Assembly (NCBI GenBank): GCA_965204725.1
Contig: OZ242005.1
Span: forward strand, 4,992,001 to 5,056,000
Length of the DNA stretch: 64,000 bases
Origin: Candidatus Latescibacterota bacterium
Lineage (GTDB): Bacteria; Latescibacterota; UBA2968; UBA8231
Direction of reading: 5' to 3'
Under the pieces are notes generated by a model, which did no database searches, had not been told where the DNA came from, and saw nothing but the letters and a program-made list of their open reading frames with translations. Positions 40,385-49,878 of this stretch are shown one piece after another (position 1 is the first letter of the stretch; each line of letters starts with the position of its first letter). The position numbers were made by a program, and so were the translations under genes.

Positions 40385-43060
40385 ATGGCTCATCGGCTCG
40401 CGTTGGGCATGTTCTTGGGGGTGCTGGTGCTCGGCACTGACCTGCGGGCACTCGATACCCTGCGGGTGGGCAACAACGGCAACGTCTCTTGGGCTGGGCA
40501 GACCTTTGGCGCAGCCGTGCAGCCGCTCCCCGCCGAATACAAGGTCAGCCGGTTTTTCACCGAGGTCGGCAATGTCCCGGGCAACGTCATTGACTTGTCG
40601 AACCTAGCGGGGGTAAGCCCCCAAGTGCTGGTCAAGACCCTCATCCAAGCACCGCCCGACCTGCTCGCCGGCGAAGTGGCCTTGGCCGAAGAAAAGCTGC
40701 TAGACGCGCTCGCGTCCCTGCCGGGGATCACGGCGATCGCGCCTTCCCAGCGCGAGGGGCTCTCCCTGATTCGCATTGATCTTGCCGACGATGTTTCCCT
40801 TGACGAGACCGTGGCGCGAATCGTCGCGGCACTAGAGCCGGTGCGCTCGGCCGGCGTTGACCCGCTCATCCTGCCGGTCTTGTTAAGCCCGGATCACGTC
40901 GTCCGCGGCGAAAACGTGGCCCTGCGCGCCCTCGGGTGGGGCGGCGGCATTACGGCGCCGGCCATTAAGGATGTGCCCGCATCGCTGCTGGAGACGACCC
41001 TGCTGGAGCTCATCGAGCCGGGCGGGGCCGAAGACGCGTTTGCCCGCAAGGGAACCTTTGGGGCCTTGGGCACCTTTATCGTCCTCGACCTCGGCAGCCC
41101 CATTGGCATCAACCGCATCCGCTTCTATCCGCGCAACACCGTGCAGAGTGCTCCCCAATACCCCTTTCAGACGGATTTTATCCGCCAGTTTGAGTTGCTC
41201 GCGCACGACGGGCAAAACCTCGTCTTAGACGGCACGGGACGCCTCGTGCCCCAGCTCGACGACTTTGAGATGCTGCTCAAGACCTCAAACAACGAAGAAT
41301 CGGTCGTGGAAGTGGTGATTGACCCGGCCCAGACCGCGCGCTTTGTGCGCCTCAAATCCACGTCCTCCTTTCCCTATGAGCTCGACGAATTTGAGGTCTT
41401 TGGCGAGGGCTTTATCGGCACGAGCCGCTACATCTCCCCCGTGTACGACTTGGGCGCACCGGCCACTTGGGGGAACATAAGTTGGCGCGAAAGAACCGTG
41501 GATTTGCGCTCCCGCAGCAATCCAACCGACCCCGCGCCCCAAGTCAGTACCTGCCGCGTCGAATCTGCCGTGTTCACCACCCCGGACGCTGTCCCCAGCG
41601 ACTACGGCGACTGCGCCCCAACAGCGCGTTTTACCGCCGCCGGCTATACCAACGTATATGAGTGCTTCCAGACCCACTGCGGCGCGACCGTGCGGCCGGG
41701 CCGCCAGCAAAGCGCGGAGCCAACGGCCGGCGAATCCGCGCCCTCGCGAGGGAGTACCAGCGGCCTCTCCGAGATCATCGTCCGCACCCGCACCGGCACG
41801 GATCCGACCCCGGTGCTCTACAAGCGCGGCAACGTGCAGCGCGTGTCAGACGACCAGCTTTTCTCCTCCATAGACCGCCCCGGCGAACAACTCGGGCGCG
41901 ACGAATATCTCGATCTCGTGCCCGATCTCGAAGCCGTGCCCCCGCAGGTTTGGGGCAAGGGAGAAATCGAAGAGGACCTGCAAAATTGGAGTCCTTGGTC
42001 GTCGCCCCACCAAGGGGGAGAATGGGAGGGCGGGACGCCGGTTTTGTCGCCGGGGCCGCGGCGCTACATCCAGTTTTCGGTCGATTTTCTCAACCGCGAA
42101 ATCAACGCGACGAAGGCGTTGGAACAGCTAGCCATCGAATACCTGCTGCCGCCCATTGCCGAGGAACTCGTGGCCGAGATCTTCCCGCGGGAGGTGGAAG
42201 TCTTTGAGCCGGTGGATTTTACCTATGCCGTGCGCGCTAAAATGGAGTTCGCCGGGGTCAAGGGGTTCGACACCTTTGAGTTGCTCACCTCGAACCGAGT
42301 GCTGGGCATCGACAAGATCGAGATATGGGAACTGCCCGACCGCCTCGTGGCCGAGCAGGCCCTGAACGCCGACATCGTGACCGCGGCCAACGGCCAAGCC
42401 GCCGTGCAGACGCCCGACGGCACCCAACACGCCTTGCCCTATACCGTAGAGGCGGCCGACGGCGGCTCGTTTGTCATCCAAGCGGTAACTGAGCGCAACG
42501 CGATCGTGCGCTTTCCCCAAATCACTCGCCCCCCCGACGGCGGCCAGATGCTGCTAAAGATCAAGTTCCGCGGGCGCGTGTTGCTGTATAGCACCTTGTT
42601 CCGCGGGCAGGCCGTACTCTCGTCGCAGGCCGGTAGCATCCAGCGCATCTCCGCGGGCAACGCCGACTTCTTAGGGGAATCCGACCTGCCCACGGACTCT
42701 GGCATCACCGTGTTGAGCCCAGACATCAACGAGGGCGATCTGTTCGGCTCTTTTGCCATTGAGCCGAGCGTGTTCACCCCCAATGGCGACGACGTCAACG
42801 ACGCCGCGACCATTGGCTACGACATCCTCGCCGTGACCCGCCCCACCGCCGTAGAAGTGCATGTCTTCGACCTGTCCGGCCGTCTCGTAAGGCCGCTCTA
42901 CGCAGGCGCGGCCCTGAGCGGTCACTACGACCACCTGTCGTGGGACGGGCGCGATGCCAACGGCAATCGGGTGCCGCCGGGACTGTACTTGGTATCGCTC
43001 TCAGTCAATGGCGATGCGCGTCAGACGCACCGGGTGCGCTCGGTAGGCGTGGCGTATTGA
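40385..43060 (+). CDS. Secreted protein with C-terminal gliding-motility/FlgD-Ig domain (paralog 2)
   Basis: Signal peptide; INRIRFYPR, SPGPRRYIQ, VFTPNGDDVND, WDGRDANGNRVPPGLY. Confidence 0.85.
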   Translation: MAHRLALGMFLGVLVLGTDLRALDTLRVGNNGNVSWAGQTFGAAVQPLPAEYKVSRFFTEVGNVPGNVIDLSNLAGVSPQVLVKTLIQAPPDLLAGEVALAEEKLLDALASLPGITAIAPSQREGLSLIRIDLADDVSLDETVARIVAALEPVRSAGVDPLILPVLLSPDHVVRGENVALRALGWGGGITAPAIKDVPASLLETTLLELIEPGGAEDAFARKGTFGALGTFIVLDLGSPIGINRIRFYPRNTVQSAPQYPFQTDFIRQFELLAHDGQNLVLDGTGRLVPQLDDFEMLLKTSNNEESVVEVVIDPAQTARFVRLKSTSSFPYELDEFEVFGEGFIGTSRYISPVYDLGAPATWGNISWRERTVDLRSRSNPTDPAPQVSTCRVESAVFTTPDAVPSDYGDCAPTARFTAAGYTNVYECFQTHCGATVRPGRQQSAEPTAGESAPSRGSTSGLSEIIVRTRTGTDPTPVLYKRGNVQRVSDDQLFSSIDRPGEQLGRDEYLDLVPDLEAVPPQVWGKGEIEEDLQNWSPWSSPHQGGEWEGGTPVLSPGPRRYIQFSVDFLNREINATKALEQLAIEYLLPPIAEELVAEIFPREVEVFEPVDFTYAVRAKMEFAGVKGFDTFELLTSNRVLGIDKIEIWELPDRLVAEQALNADIVTAANGQAAVQTPDGTQHALPYTVEAADGGSFVIQAVTERNAIVRFPQITRPPDGGQMLLKIKFRGRVLLYSTLFRGQAVLSSQAGSIQRISAGNADFLGESDLPTDSGITVLSPDINEGDLFGSFAIEPSVFTPNGDDVNDAATIGYDILAVTRPTAVEVHVFDLSGRLVRPLYAGAALSGHYDHLSWDGRDANGNRVPPGLYLVSLSVNGDARQTHRVRSVGVAY

Positions 43061-43066
43061 GGAAAT

Positions 43067-43303
43067 ATGCCTACGGTACTGAGGGAAGGTCCCTATCGCT
43101 TTTACTTTTTATCCGGAGATCGAGACGAACCACCGCACGTTCATGTGCAGCGAGATAATGGCTTTGCCAAGTTTTGGCTGAATCCCGTACAATTGCAAAA
43201 AAGCGACAACTTTACCGCAAGGGAACGTCGCATCATTCACAGGATGGTTGAACAGAATCAAGCAGCATTTCTGGAGGCTTGGTATGACTACTTCGATGAT
43301 TGA
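43067..43303 (+). CDS. DUF4160 domain protein (putative toxin)
   Basis: MPTVLREGPYRFYF, EPPHVHV, AKFWL. Confidence 0.88.
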   Translation: MPTVLREGPYRFYFLSGDRDEPPHVHVQRDNGFAKFWLNPVQLQKSDNFTARERRIIHRMVEQNQAAFLEAWYDYFDD

Positions 43304-43625
43304 ATTAGAAGTGCCCGGTGCGAAGAACATCGCGGTTACAGAAGCTACGCTTACTGTCGAGCTCGCGGACGGCCGCATGATCTCCGTTCCGCTCGCTTGG
43401 TATCCGCGGCTCGTCCACGCAACACCGGCCGAACGCAACAATTGGGAACTGTGCGCTGCGAATCGCCACATTCACTGGGAAGATTTGGACGAGGACATTA
43501 GCGTGGAAGGGCTGTTGGCGGGGCGTCGATCCGGGGAGAGCGAGGCGTCGTTCAAACGCTGGCTCGAAGCGAAGCGAGCGGGACGGGACATCGCGCTCTA
43601 TAAACTCGGGCGCGACAAACGCTAG
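43284..43625 (+). CDS. DUF2442 domain protein (putative antitoxin)
   Basis: LADGRMISVPLAWYPRL, IHWEDLDEDISVEGLL; overlaps the DUF4160 gene. Confidence 0.88.
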   Translation: MTTSMIELEVPGAKNIAVTEATLTVELADGRMISVPLAWYPRLVHATPAERNNWELCAANRHIHWEDLDEDISVEGLLAGRRSGESEASFKRWLEAKRAGRDIALYKLGRDKR

Positions 43626-45823
43626 CGAATCCCCCCTTGCAACTGCTCCTCCCACTGCTTTCTAAGCCGCTCAAAAATCTCGGCCGAGCGTCCCTCTCGA
43701 TAGTACTCGGTAAACTGCTCTAAGTGCTTCACGCCTTGGGTCGTGTCCCCTAAAACCATGTACAAATGGCCGGCCAAGCGGTTGCCCTGATAGTGCGTTG
43801 GCTGAATCGCCAAAATGGCCTGCACCTGCTCCATGGCGGCCGCCGCACGGTGCTCGACGATGTACTGGGTGGCCAATAGCAAGCGGGCATTGACCGCGGC
43901 TGGGTCGTAGGCAATCGCTTGCTGCAAGTGGGCTTTGGCTTTCTCGGGTTGGTCGGCGAAGAAGAGCAAGCGAGCCAAGCGGTAGCGCGCGGCCGCGTGT
44001 AGCGAATCGGCCGCTAGGATCTGCCGGTATTCGGCGCGGGCTGCGGCCAAGCGGCCTAGCCGCTCGTATAGCTCGCCCAACTGAAAGCGCGCCTGTAGCG
44101 AATCCGGCTTGGCCGCGACTAGCGCGCTATACGCGACCGCGGCTTGCTGCAATTGCCCCAACTGAGCGTGTGCATAGCCGAGACGCCCGTAGAGGTCGGC
44201 AGTGTCCGCATCCTCGGCGCTCAACAAGCCCTTGTATGTTGCGATTGCCTCGGTGTAGCGGCCGGTCCGCAAATAGACATTGCCCAGCGCCAGCCGCGCT
44301 CGCGCAACTTCGGGAAAGCGACCAATGAATTCGCTGTATGCCGCAATGGCCCGGTCGTATTCGCCGCTTCGGGCGTACAGAGAAGCGAGGTTGAAACGCG
44401 CCCACTTGAGGCCCGGGTCGAGCGTCAGTGCTCTCTCGTAAACGGCTGTGGCATTGATCGGTAGCCCCTTTTTCTCATGCACATAGCCCAAGCGATAGTG
44501 CGTGTGGGCGTCGCCCTCCATGTTCATCGCCCCTACTTGGAAGTTGCACGCGACCGCCAACAAAAATGCGGCCCCGCAGCCGACGATCAGGTCGCGGTAC
44601 GCCCCTCGTCGATACAGCAGGTAAAGCTCCCGGCCACCGTAGGCGGCAAATATCAGCAGGATGGGCACTACGGGCAGGCGATAGCGGGCACTGACGAAAA
44701 AAGCCACCACCGTTAGCATGTACGCGCCGGCGAACAACGCCAGCAACAAGGGTTCGGGGCGGCGCAGCAAGCCGTTCCGATAGCTCAGCCCCAATCCCAC
44801 TAGCGAGAGCGGTGCCAGCAACCCAAAGGGGAATGCCACGCCGTACTTCCAAAGCAAGACTTGCAACAACGGCGCGTACTGGCGGGCAAAGTAGAGGTCT
44901 TGATTGCGGCCAATCTCATCGCCGTGCCAAAACAGATACAACTTGTACAGCAGCAGCTTTAGGTAGGCAACGGGCTGCTCGCGCATGAAATCCCAAGCCT
45001 CGGCAAAGAAAAAACGGGATTGGGCCGAAGGCTGGGTCGCGCCGGCCTCCACGCGCGGCCGAGCGGTTAGTTCTCCCCACGCCGGTCCCGGCTGAATCGC
45101 CACAGTCTCGTCGTACTGGGCGTTGTTGCCAATGTAAAAGTTGAGCCCCGCGTTGGAAGAAATGAGCACCCAATCGCCGCCCACGTAGTAGTTGCGTAAG
45201 GTGACCGGCGCGATGGCCAAAGCGGTTCCCAACAACAACACCGCCGCTCCGGCGAACTGGCCGCGTCGCACCCATACCAACCACAGCGCCGCCACCGGCA
45301 CAAACGCCAGCATATTAGCCACGCACAGCGCGGAAAGGCCGAAGAGGAACCCGGGCAACAGCAACCGCCGTTGCCGCCCCTCGACCGCCCACAACAACGC
45401 CCACAGCGCGAGCAGGTTTAAGGGCAGCGCGAGGGCTGGCGGCAGCAACTCGCCCTCGAAGAAAATGAAAGGCCCGTAGCAAGCGGCTAGCCCGGCCGCC
45501 CAATAGCCTACGGCCGGCGAAAAGACGCGCCCCAAGCGGAAAATCAGCAGGCACAGCGTGGCCCCCAGCGCGGCTTGGACCAAGCGCGGCAGGGTAAAAC
45601 TCGGCTCAAAAAGCGCGTAAAGCGCGCCGAGGAAATGCGGATAGAGCGGAGGTTGCCAAAAGGGCTGATCGCCGAAGTGGCCGAGGGCCATGGCCGCGGC
45701 CGCTTGGGTGTAAGTCTTGGCATCAACGAGGGGAAAATCGTAGAACGGGCTGCGCTGGCTCTGAAAGATGTACAACAGCCGCAGCGCGAAGGCCGCGCCC
45801 CAGACGAGCGCGAGTTTTGCCAC
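43622..45823 (-). CDS. GT-C (GT39/PMT-like) glycosyltransferase fused to C-terminal TPRs
   Basis: LVDAKTY, QPPLYP, many TMs, NFYIGNN, RYRLP; TPR tail. Confidence 0.82.
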   Translation of the reverse strand: MAKLALVWGAAFALRLLYIFQSQRSPFYDFPLVDAKTYTQAAAAMALGHFGDQPFWQPPLYPHFLGALYALFEPSFTLPRLVQAALGATLCLLIFRLGRVFSPAVGYWAAGLAACYGPFIFFEGELLPPALALPLNLLALWALLWAVEGRQRRLLLPGFLFGLSALCVANMLAFVPVAALWLVWVRRGQFAGAAVLLLGTALAIAPVTLRNYYVGGDWVLISSNAGLNFYIGNNAQYDETVAIQPGPAWGELTARPRVEAGATQPSAQSRFFFAEAWDFMREQPVAYLKLLLYKLYLFWHGDEIGRNQDLYFARQYAPLLQVLLWKYGVAFPFGLLAPLSLVGLGLSYRNGLLRRPEPLLLALFAGAYMLTVVAFFVSARYRLPVVPILLIFAAYGGRELYLLYRRGAYRDLIVGCGAAFLLAVACNFQVGAMNMEGDAHTHYRLGYVHEKKGLPINATAVYERALTLDPGLKWARFNLASLYARSGEYDRAIAAYSEFIGRFPEVARARLALGNVYLRTGRYTEAIATYKGLLSAEDADTADLYGRLGYAHAQLGQLQQAAVAYSALVAAKPDSLQARFQLGELYERLGRLAAARAEYRQILAADSLHAAARYRLARLLFFADQPEKAKAHLQQAIAYDPAAVNARLLLATQYIVEHRAAAAMEQVQAILAIQPTHYQGNRLAGHLYMVLGDTTQGVKHLEQFTEYYREGRSAEIFERLRKQWEEQLQGGIR

Positions 45824-45827
45824 TGCT

Positions 45828-48536
45828 CTATATACCCAAGCCAGCGTACACTGTGATAAAGCCCTCGGTCACGGTGCGGGTTTTGATGTCTGGGTCTTCA
45901 AAGTCGCGGGCGTCGAACTTGAGGCCGACCTGCGTGGTCAGCACGTAGCCTTGGTATTCGGCCACATTGGTTACTTGGCCGGCTGTGATGAAGGACTGGA
46001 AGTTGTTGATCTCGGCCTCCAGATCCCGAAACAGCACGTATTCGACGCCGGTCGCAAGGGTCGTGCGACGCATCAGGGGCAGTTCTACGACCACGCCCAG
46101 TATCTCGGTCAGTTCGGTGCGATTGGCTTGGGTAAACAGGTCGTAGGTCTGGCGGCGGTATTCGCTTTTCCAGCGCGGCAACACCCGCAGCCGCGACAAC
46201 TCGACGAGGTAGTCGGCCTTGTTGATGACGCCTAAGAAAAACTCGTCGTCGTCCAAGCCGAACTGGGTGCGCGCCGCTTGGCCGAGGCGCTGGTGCCACA
46301 GGTCGTATTTGAGCGAATTTTTGATCGTCAAATCCGCGAGCGGCGCGTACGTGTGGCCGATGTACAGGGAATTGTTGAGCGCGTCGCGGGCCAACAGCGG
46401 GTCTAGCACCTCCACGTTGCGGGAGTCGCGCAACGTGTTGCGGTTGTCCCACTGGATTAGGTCGTCGGGAATGTCGTCCGCTACGCTTTTGAGCACTTCC
46501 ATGACCTTGAGCCGCCCCCAATTCGGGTGATCTAAATCGACGGTCAGCACGCCGTAGGTGGCGCGGTTGCGCTGGTCGGAGGTAATCCGCTCCTCGCGCA
46601 AATGCCCGATGGTGGCGCGGATTTCCGGGGTGATGTTGGCGCCGGCATACACGTTGAAACCGCGGCGGTCGCGCTTGTAGGGAAAGTCTGGCTCGTTGTC
46701 GTTTTCAAAGCGATCGACCCAGCCGTTGTTGTTGGCGTCAATGCCGTAGAGAAATTCGGGCCGATCGACGTGTTGGCGGAGAAAAGGCTCCTCGTAGTCT
46801 GGAATCAGATTGATGACGCGACCGTTGTCGTTTTGGTTGAAGTCGGGAATGAAATCGTTGTTTTCGTCCCACCCCGGAAAGACGGCGCGGTCGACCGACA
46901 GGGCGTCGTTGCGGCCCCAATCTGGGATGCGGTCTTGATCGTCGTTATCCTCGACGAATTCGACCAAGAACCGCTCGTTGCTGCCCGGGTTGTGGTCGGC
47001 AAAATAGCCGGAATTGTAGTCGATGAAGCCGTCCTGCTCGCTGATGTACGTGGAGGTGGCGTAATCCGGGTCCATGCGGAATGCCTCGGCAAAAAAGAAA
47101 TACGGCTCGGCGCGCTTCCACAGGTTGAACATGAAGGCGTCGGCCGAGGGCTTGGCGGACGTACCCGACGAGGTGCTGTGATCGGTATTGCCTTGGTCGG
47201 CACTCGGATAGGGATACTTGCGATACGTGCGGCTGTTGTCCCATTCGCCGTACAAGTGAAAGCCCTTGACGTCTTCCAACGCGAGCGTGAACCCAAATAT
47301 CTGCGTCGCGGTGGGCAGGCCGTACTCAAACGAAACGACCCGCAGATTGGTGTTGTCCTTGACGTTGCCCGGGGCGCGGGTGACCATCAGGAAGATGGGG
47401 TCGTTGCTGCGGCCGGTTTGGCGGTTGGATGTGGCCTGCACTTTGTAGTCGTTGCCCAGCACCAAGTCGAACTGGACCTTGCGAATCTGCGATTTGTCCT
47501 GCGACGCGACCAACAAAAAATCCGCGCTGTTGAAGTCGTAGCGCAGGCGGATTTGCTCGTTGCCGTCGGCCGAGATAAACCCCTCCTGCGGGAAGCCGCC
47601 TTCGACGACCGGTTCAAACCCAATTTCTCGGCCGCGGTCCACGCTGCCGTCCAAGTAGGTGATGATGATGTCCGAGCCCGCGCGGAAAAACGCCGCGCCG
47701 CCCTCGCCATCGGCCGGCGAGTCGTCGCTGAGCAAAATTTCGATCCAAGCGATGGCTTCGTTCTTTTGATCTACGGTCAGTTCGCCGGCGAGGGGATTGC
47801 CGCCGAAGCCGTCGGTGAGGGTATTCGATTGGTGGGCGTTGACAAAATTGAACCCCAACGTGGTGAAATCGCCCACCTGAACGGTGGTGCGCCCCCCCAT
47901 TAGCGTGGTGTTGTTGGTGCGGTTGATGCCCTCGACGTTGGTGCCCGAGCCGCCCGATTCGCTCAGCCGCGAATACAGGAAGGTGAGCAAGTATTTGTCC
48001 GTGGCAAAGTCGAACTGGACCCCGTCGAAATCGGGCTTGGAAAAGGTCATGGGCGTCAGGGTGGTGCGGATGCCGTTGCCAATGGTGAGGGCGTAGTGGT
48101 ACTCGCCGATGGAGTCTGAAGCGATGAGCAGGCTGTTGAACCAAGTGCCAAAGCGGTCGTCCTTGAACAGCTCGTTGCCGCGCTGCAAAGGCTGGCTCTG
48201 GCTGTTGTTGAAGATGAGCCAGCCGCGATTGACGAAATTGCCAAAGAAGTCGTAGAAATAGCTGCCCTCCAATGCCACATCGACGTAGCGCTGGTAGGGC
48301 GTGCGGGCGTAGTTGGAGTACTCCCATTGCCGCCAGCGGTACTCGTTGAAGAGCTCCTGCGGGATGTACCACTTTTTTATGGCCGGGTCTATTGCATCAA
48401 AAAGAACGCCCGAACCTTGTGGCTCAAACGTGGTCCGGCCACCGCGCTGGACGCCCAGCCGACGACCGTAGTCTTGGGCTAGGGCCGCGCTAGCTAAAAG
48501 ACAAAACAAAAGCGCGATAAAAAAAGACGTTTTCAT
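45828..48536 (-). CDS. Large secreted, probable outer-membrane protein of unknown function
   Basis: Signal peptide; amphipathic strand-like segments; Asp/Asn-rich Dx(D/N)xD-type loops; ends ITVYAGLGI. Confidence 0.7.
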   Translation of the reverse strand: MKTSFFIALLFCLLASAALAQDYGRRLGVQRGGRTTFEPQGSGVLFDAIDPAIKKWYIPQELFNEYRWRQWEYSNYARTPYQRYVDVALEGSYFYDFFGNFVNRGWLIFNNSQSQPLQRGNELFKDDRFGTWFNSLLIASDSIGEYHYALTIGNGIRTTLTPMTFSKPDFDGVQFDFATDKYLLTFLYSRLSESGGSGTNVEGINRTNNTTLMGGRTTVQVGDFTTLGFNFVNAHQSNTLTDGFGGNPLAGELTVDQKNEAIAWIEILLSDDSPADGEGGAAFFRAGSDIIITYLDGSVDRGREIGFEPVVEGGFPQEGFISADGNEQIRLRYDFNSADFLLVASQDKSQIRKVQFDLVLGNDYKVQATSNRQTGRSNDPIFLMVTRAPGNVKDNTNLRVVSFEYGLPTATQIFGFTLALEDVKGFHLYGEWDNSRTYRKYPYPSADQGNTDHSTSSGTSAKPSADAFMFNLWKRAEPYFFFAEAFRMDPDYATSTYISEQDGFIDYNSGYFADHNPGSNERFLVEFVEDNDDQDRIPDWGRNDALSVDRAVFPGWDENNDFIPDFNQNDNGRVINLIPDYEEPFLRQHVDRPEFLYGIDANNNGWVDRFENDNEPDFPYKRDRRGFNVYAGANITPEIRATIGHLREERITSDQRNRATYGVLTVDLDHPNWGRLKVMEVLKSVADDIPDDLIQWDNRNTLRDSRNVEVLDPLLARDALNNSLYIGHTYAPLADLTIKNSLKYDLWHQRLGQAARTQFGLDDDEFFLGVINKADYLVELSRLRVLPRWKSEYRRQTYDLFTQANRTELTEILGVVVELPLMRRTTLATGVEYVLFRDLEAEINNFQSFITAGQVTNVAEYQGYVLTTQVGLKFDARDFEDPDIKTRTVTEGFITVYAGLGI

Positions 48537-48559
48537 ACCGGGCTCCTTGAAAGCATTTT

Positions 48560-48730
48560 TTATATTTGCGAATCTGTAAGCTGAGGAGTTTGGGAGAAGT
48601 CAACAACCTTAAACCCATGCTCCTGCTCTTTCTGTCGCAACGCTGTTGCCAAGCGATCAAGATCATATTCAAATTCCCGAGCCAGTTCGTCTTTTGCTTT
48701 CCATACGTCTTCGATTATTTCGTTTTTCAT
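48560..48730 (-). CDS. Small hypothetical protein
   Basis: MKNEIIEDVWKAKDELAREFEYDL; resembles a short family often found next to PIN genes; AT-richer. Confidence 0.55.
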   Translation of the reverse strand: MKNEIIEDVWKAKDELAREFEYDLDRLATALRQKEQEHGFKVVDFSQTPQLTDSQI

Positions 48731-48821
48731 CTCAGCCACTTTTCTAAAAAAATAAGGCGATGAGCTAGCCAAGCCCATCGCCTGTACATCTAAACCGAAT
48801 GCCGAGTCGAGCCAGCAGGGC

Positions 48822-49733
48822 CTAGTGGTTGAACTCGGTTTTGATGCGGCCCCAAGTGCTCGATTCAACGGACGTGGTGGGGGCGGCGCCCCAGTCGATG
48901 TCGTCGTCGAGCTCGTTCATCACCATGTCGTTGTCGGCGCGGCAGCAGCCATTGGGCGAAATCGACCAGAAGCCCTGATAGTCTTCGAGGGCGGCCCCGC
49001 CGGGAATGTCGAAGTCGCCGAAGGTCCAGCTAATAGCGATGATCTGGCCTTCTTCGAGGTCGGTCTCTTCGGCCGCCTCGCGGTCGCCATCGTCGGGAAT
49101 GAAGTCGAAGGGACGAATCCACGCCTCGTAGAAATACGTGCTCTCGCCGAACTCTTCTCCCTCAAACGTGTACGCAAACTTCCAAGCGTCGTTGTTGTCG
49201 GGGTCGAGGACCCAGTCAAACGGGGGATTGTACCCGCCCCACGCGCCAGCCGTCGGCGGCATGGACCAGTTGTACCCTATCTTGAGGATGCCGCCTTCTT
49301 GCCCAGGGGCGTGGCCACCGCCGCCTTCTACCTCGGGGTGGGTCGGCGACACATAGACTTCCCAAGCGTCGTCGGACCACCAAGCATTTGGCTCTTCGGC
49401 GTCGCGGGTGTGGACGTTGTCGAAGACCTCGGCCATGAAATAGAGCAGGTTGGTGTTGTCGTTCCAGCCGACAATCTGCCGCACGCTCAGGTCGCTTACG
49501 TCGATCTCGCCGCGCGCCTTGCTGTACACCGAATCCGAATACCTGTCGTTGCCGACTTCGTACGGGATTTGGGGCACGGCGGCCCAATCGGCGTGATTGC
49601 CGTCGATGACCGGGATGTTTTCGTCTGGGAACTGTACGGCGAACAGGAGCTCGCCGGGCGGAAAGTGAGCCAGAGCCGGTAGCGAAACCACCGCGGCGAG
49701 TAGGGCACTTACTAGCGTTTTGCGCATCGCCAT
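48822..49733 (-). CDS. Secreted acidic CBM9-like protein with C-terminal VESSTWGRIK motif
   Basis: Signal peptide; PVIDGNHADW, WNDNTNLLYF, DAWEVYV; AAGGAG RBS. Confidence 0.72.
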   Translation of the reverse strand: MAMRKTLVSALLAAVVSLPALAHFPPGELLFAVQFPDENIPVIDGNHADWAAVPQIPYEVGNDRYSDSVYSKARGEIDVSDLSVRQIVGWNDNTNLLYFMAEVFDNVHTRDAEEPNAWWSDDAWEVYVSPTHPEVEGGGGHAPGQEGGILKIGYNWSMPPTAGAWGGYNPPFDWVLDPDNNDAWKFAYTFEGEEFGESTYFYEAWIRPFDFIPDDGDREAAEETDLEEGQIIAISWTFGDFDIPGGAALEDYQGFWSISPNGCCRADNDMVMNELDDDIDWGAAPTTSVESSTWGRIKTEFNH

Positions 49734-49878
49734 CTCCTTGTGAATTGGCGTGAATAGAAGTGCTTATGTCGCGCCTCAAGGTACTCCCAACAACATGCAA
49801 AGTCAAGCATCTTTTTCTCCGTACCGCCGCGCTCGTAACCGCCGTTGGCTAAGAGGTAATTCCTTGTTATCAAAGGCT

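Noticed and set aside
43067-43625. DUF4160-DUF2442 pair as a new system
   Set aside because: Widespread, already recognised putative toxin-antitoxin pair
46602-47903. 433-aa plus-strand ORF (likewise 61507-62637 minus and 48825-49682 plus)
   Set aside because: Antisense shadow frames of well-supported genes in GC-rich DNA, with no recognisable motifs
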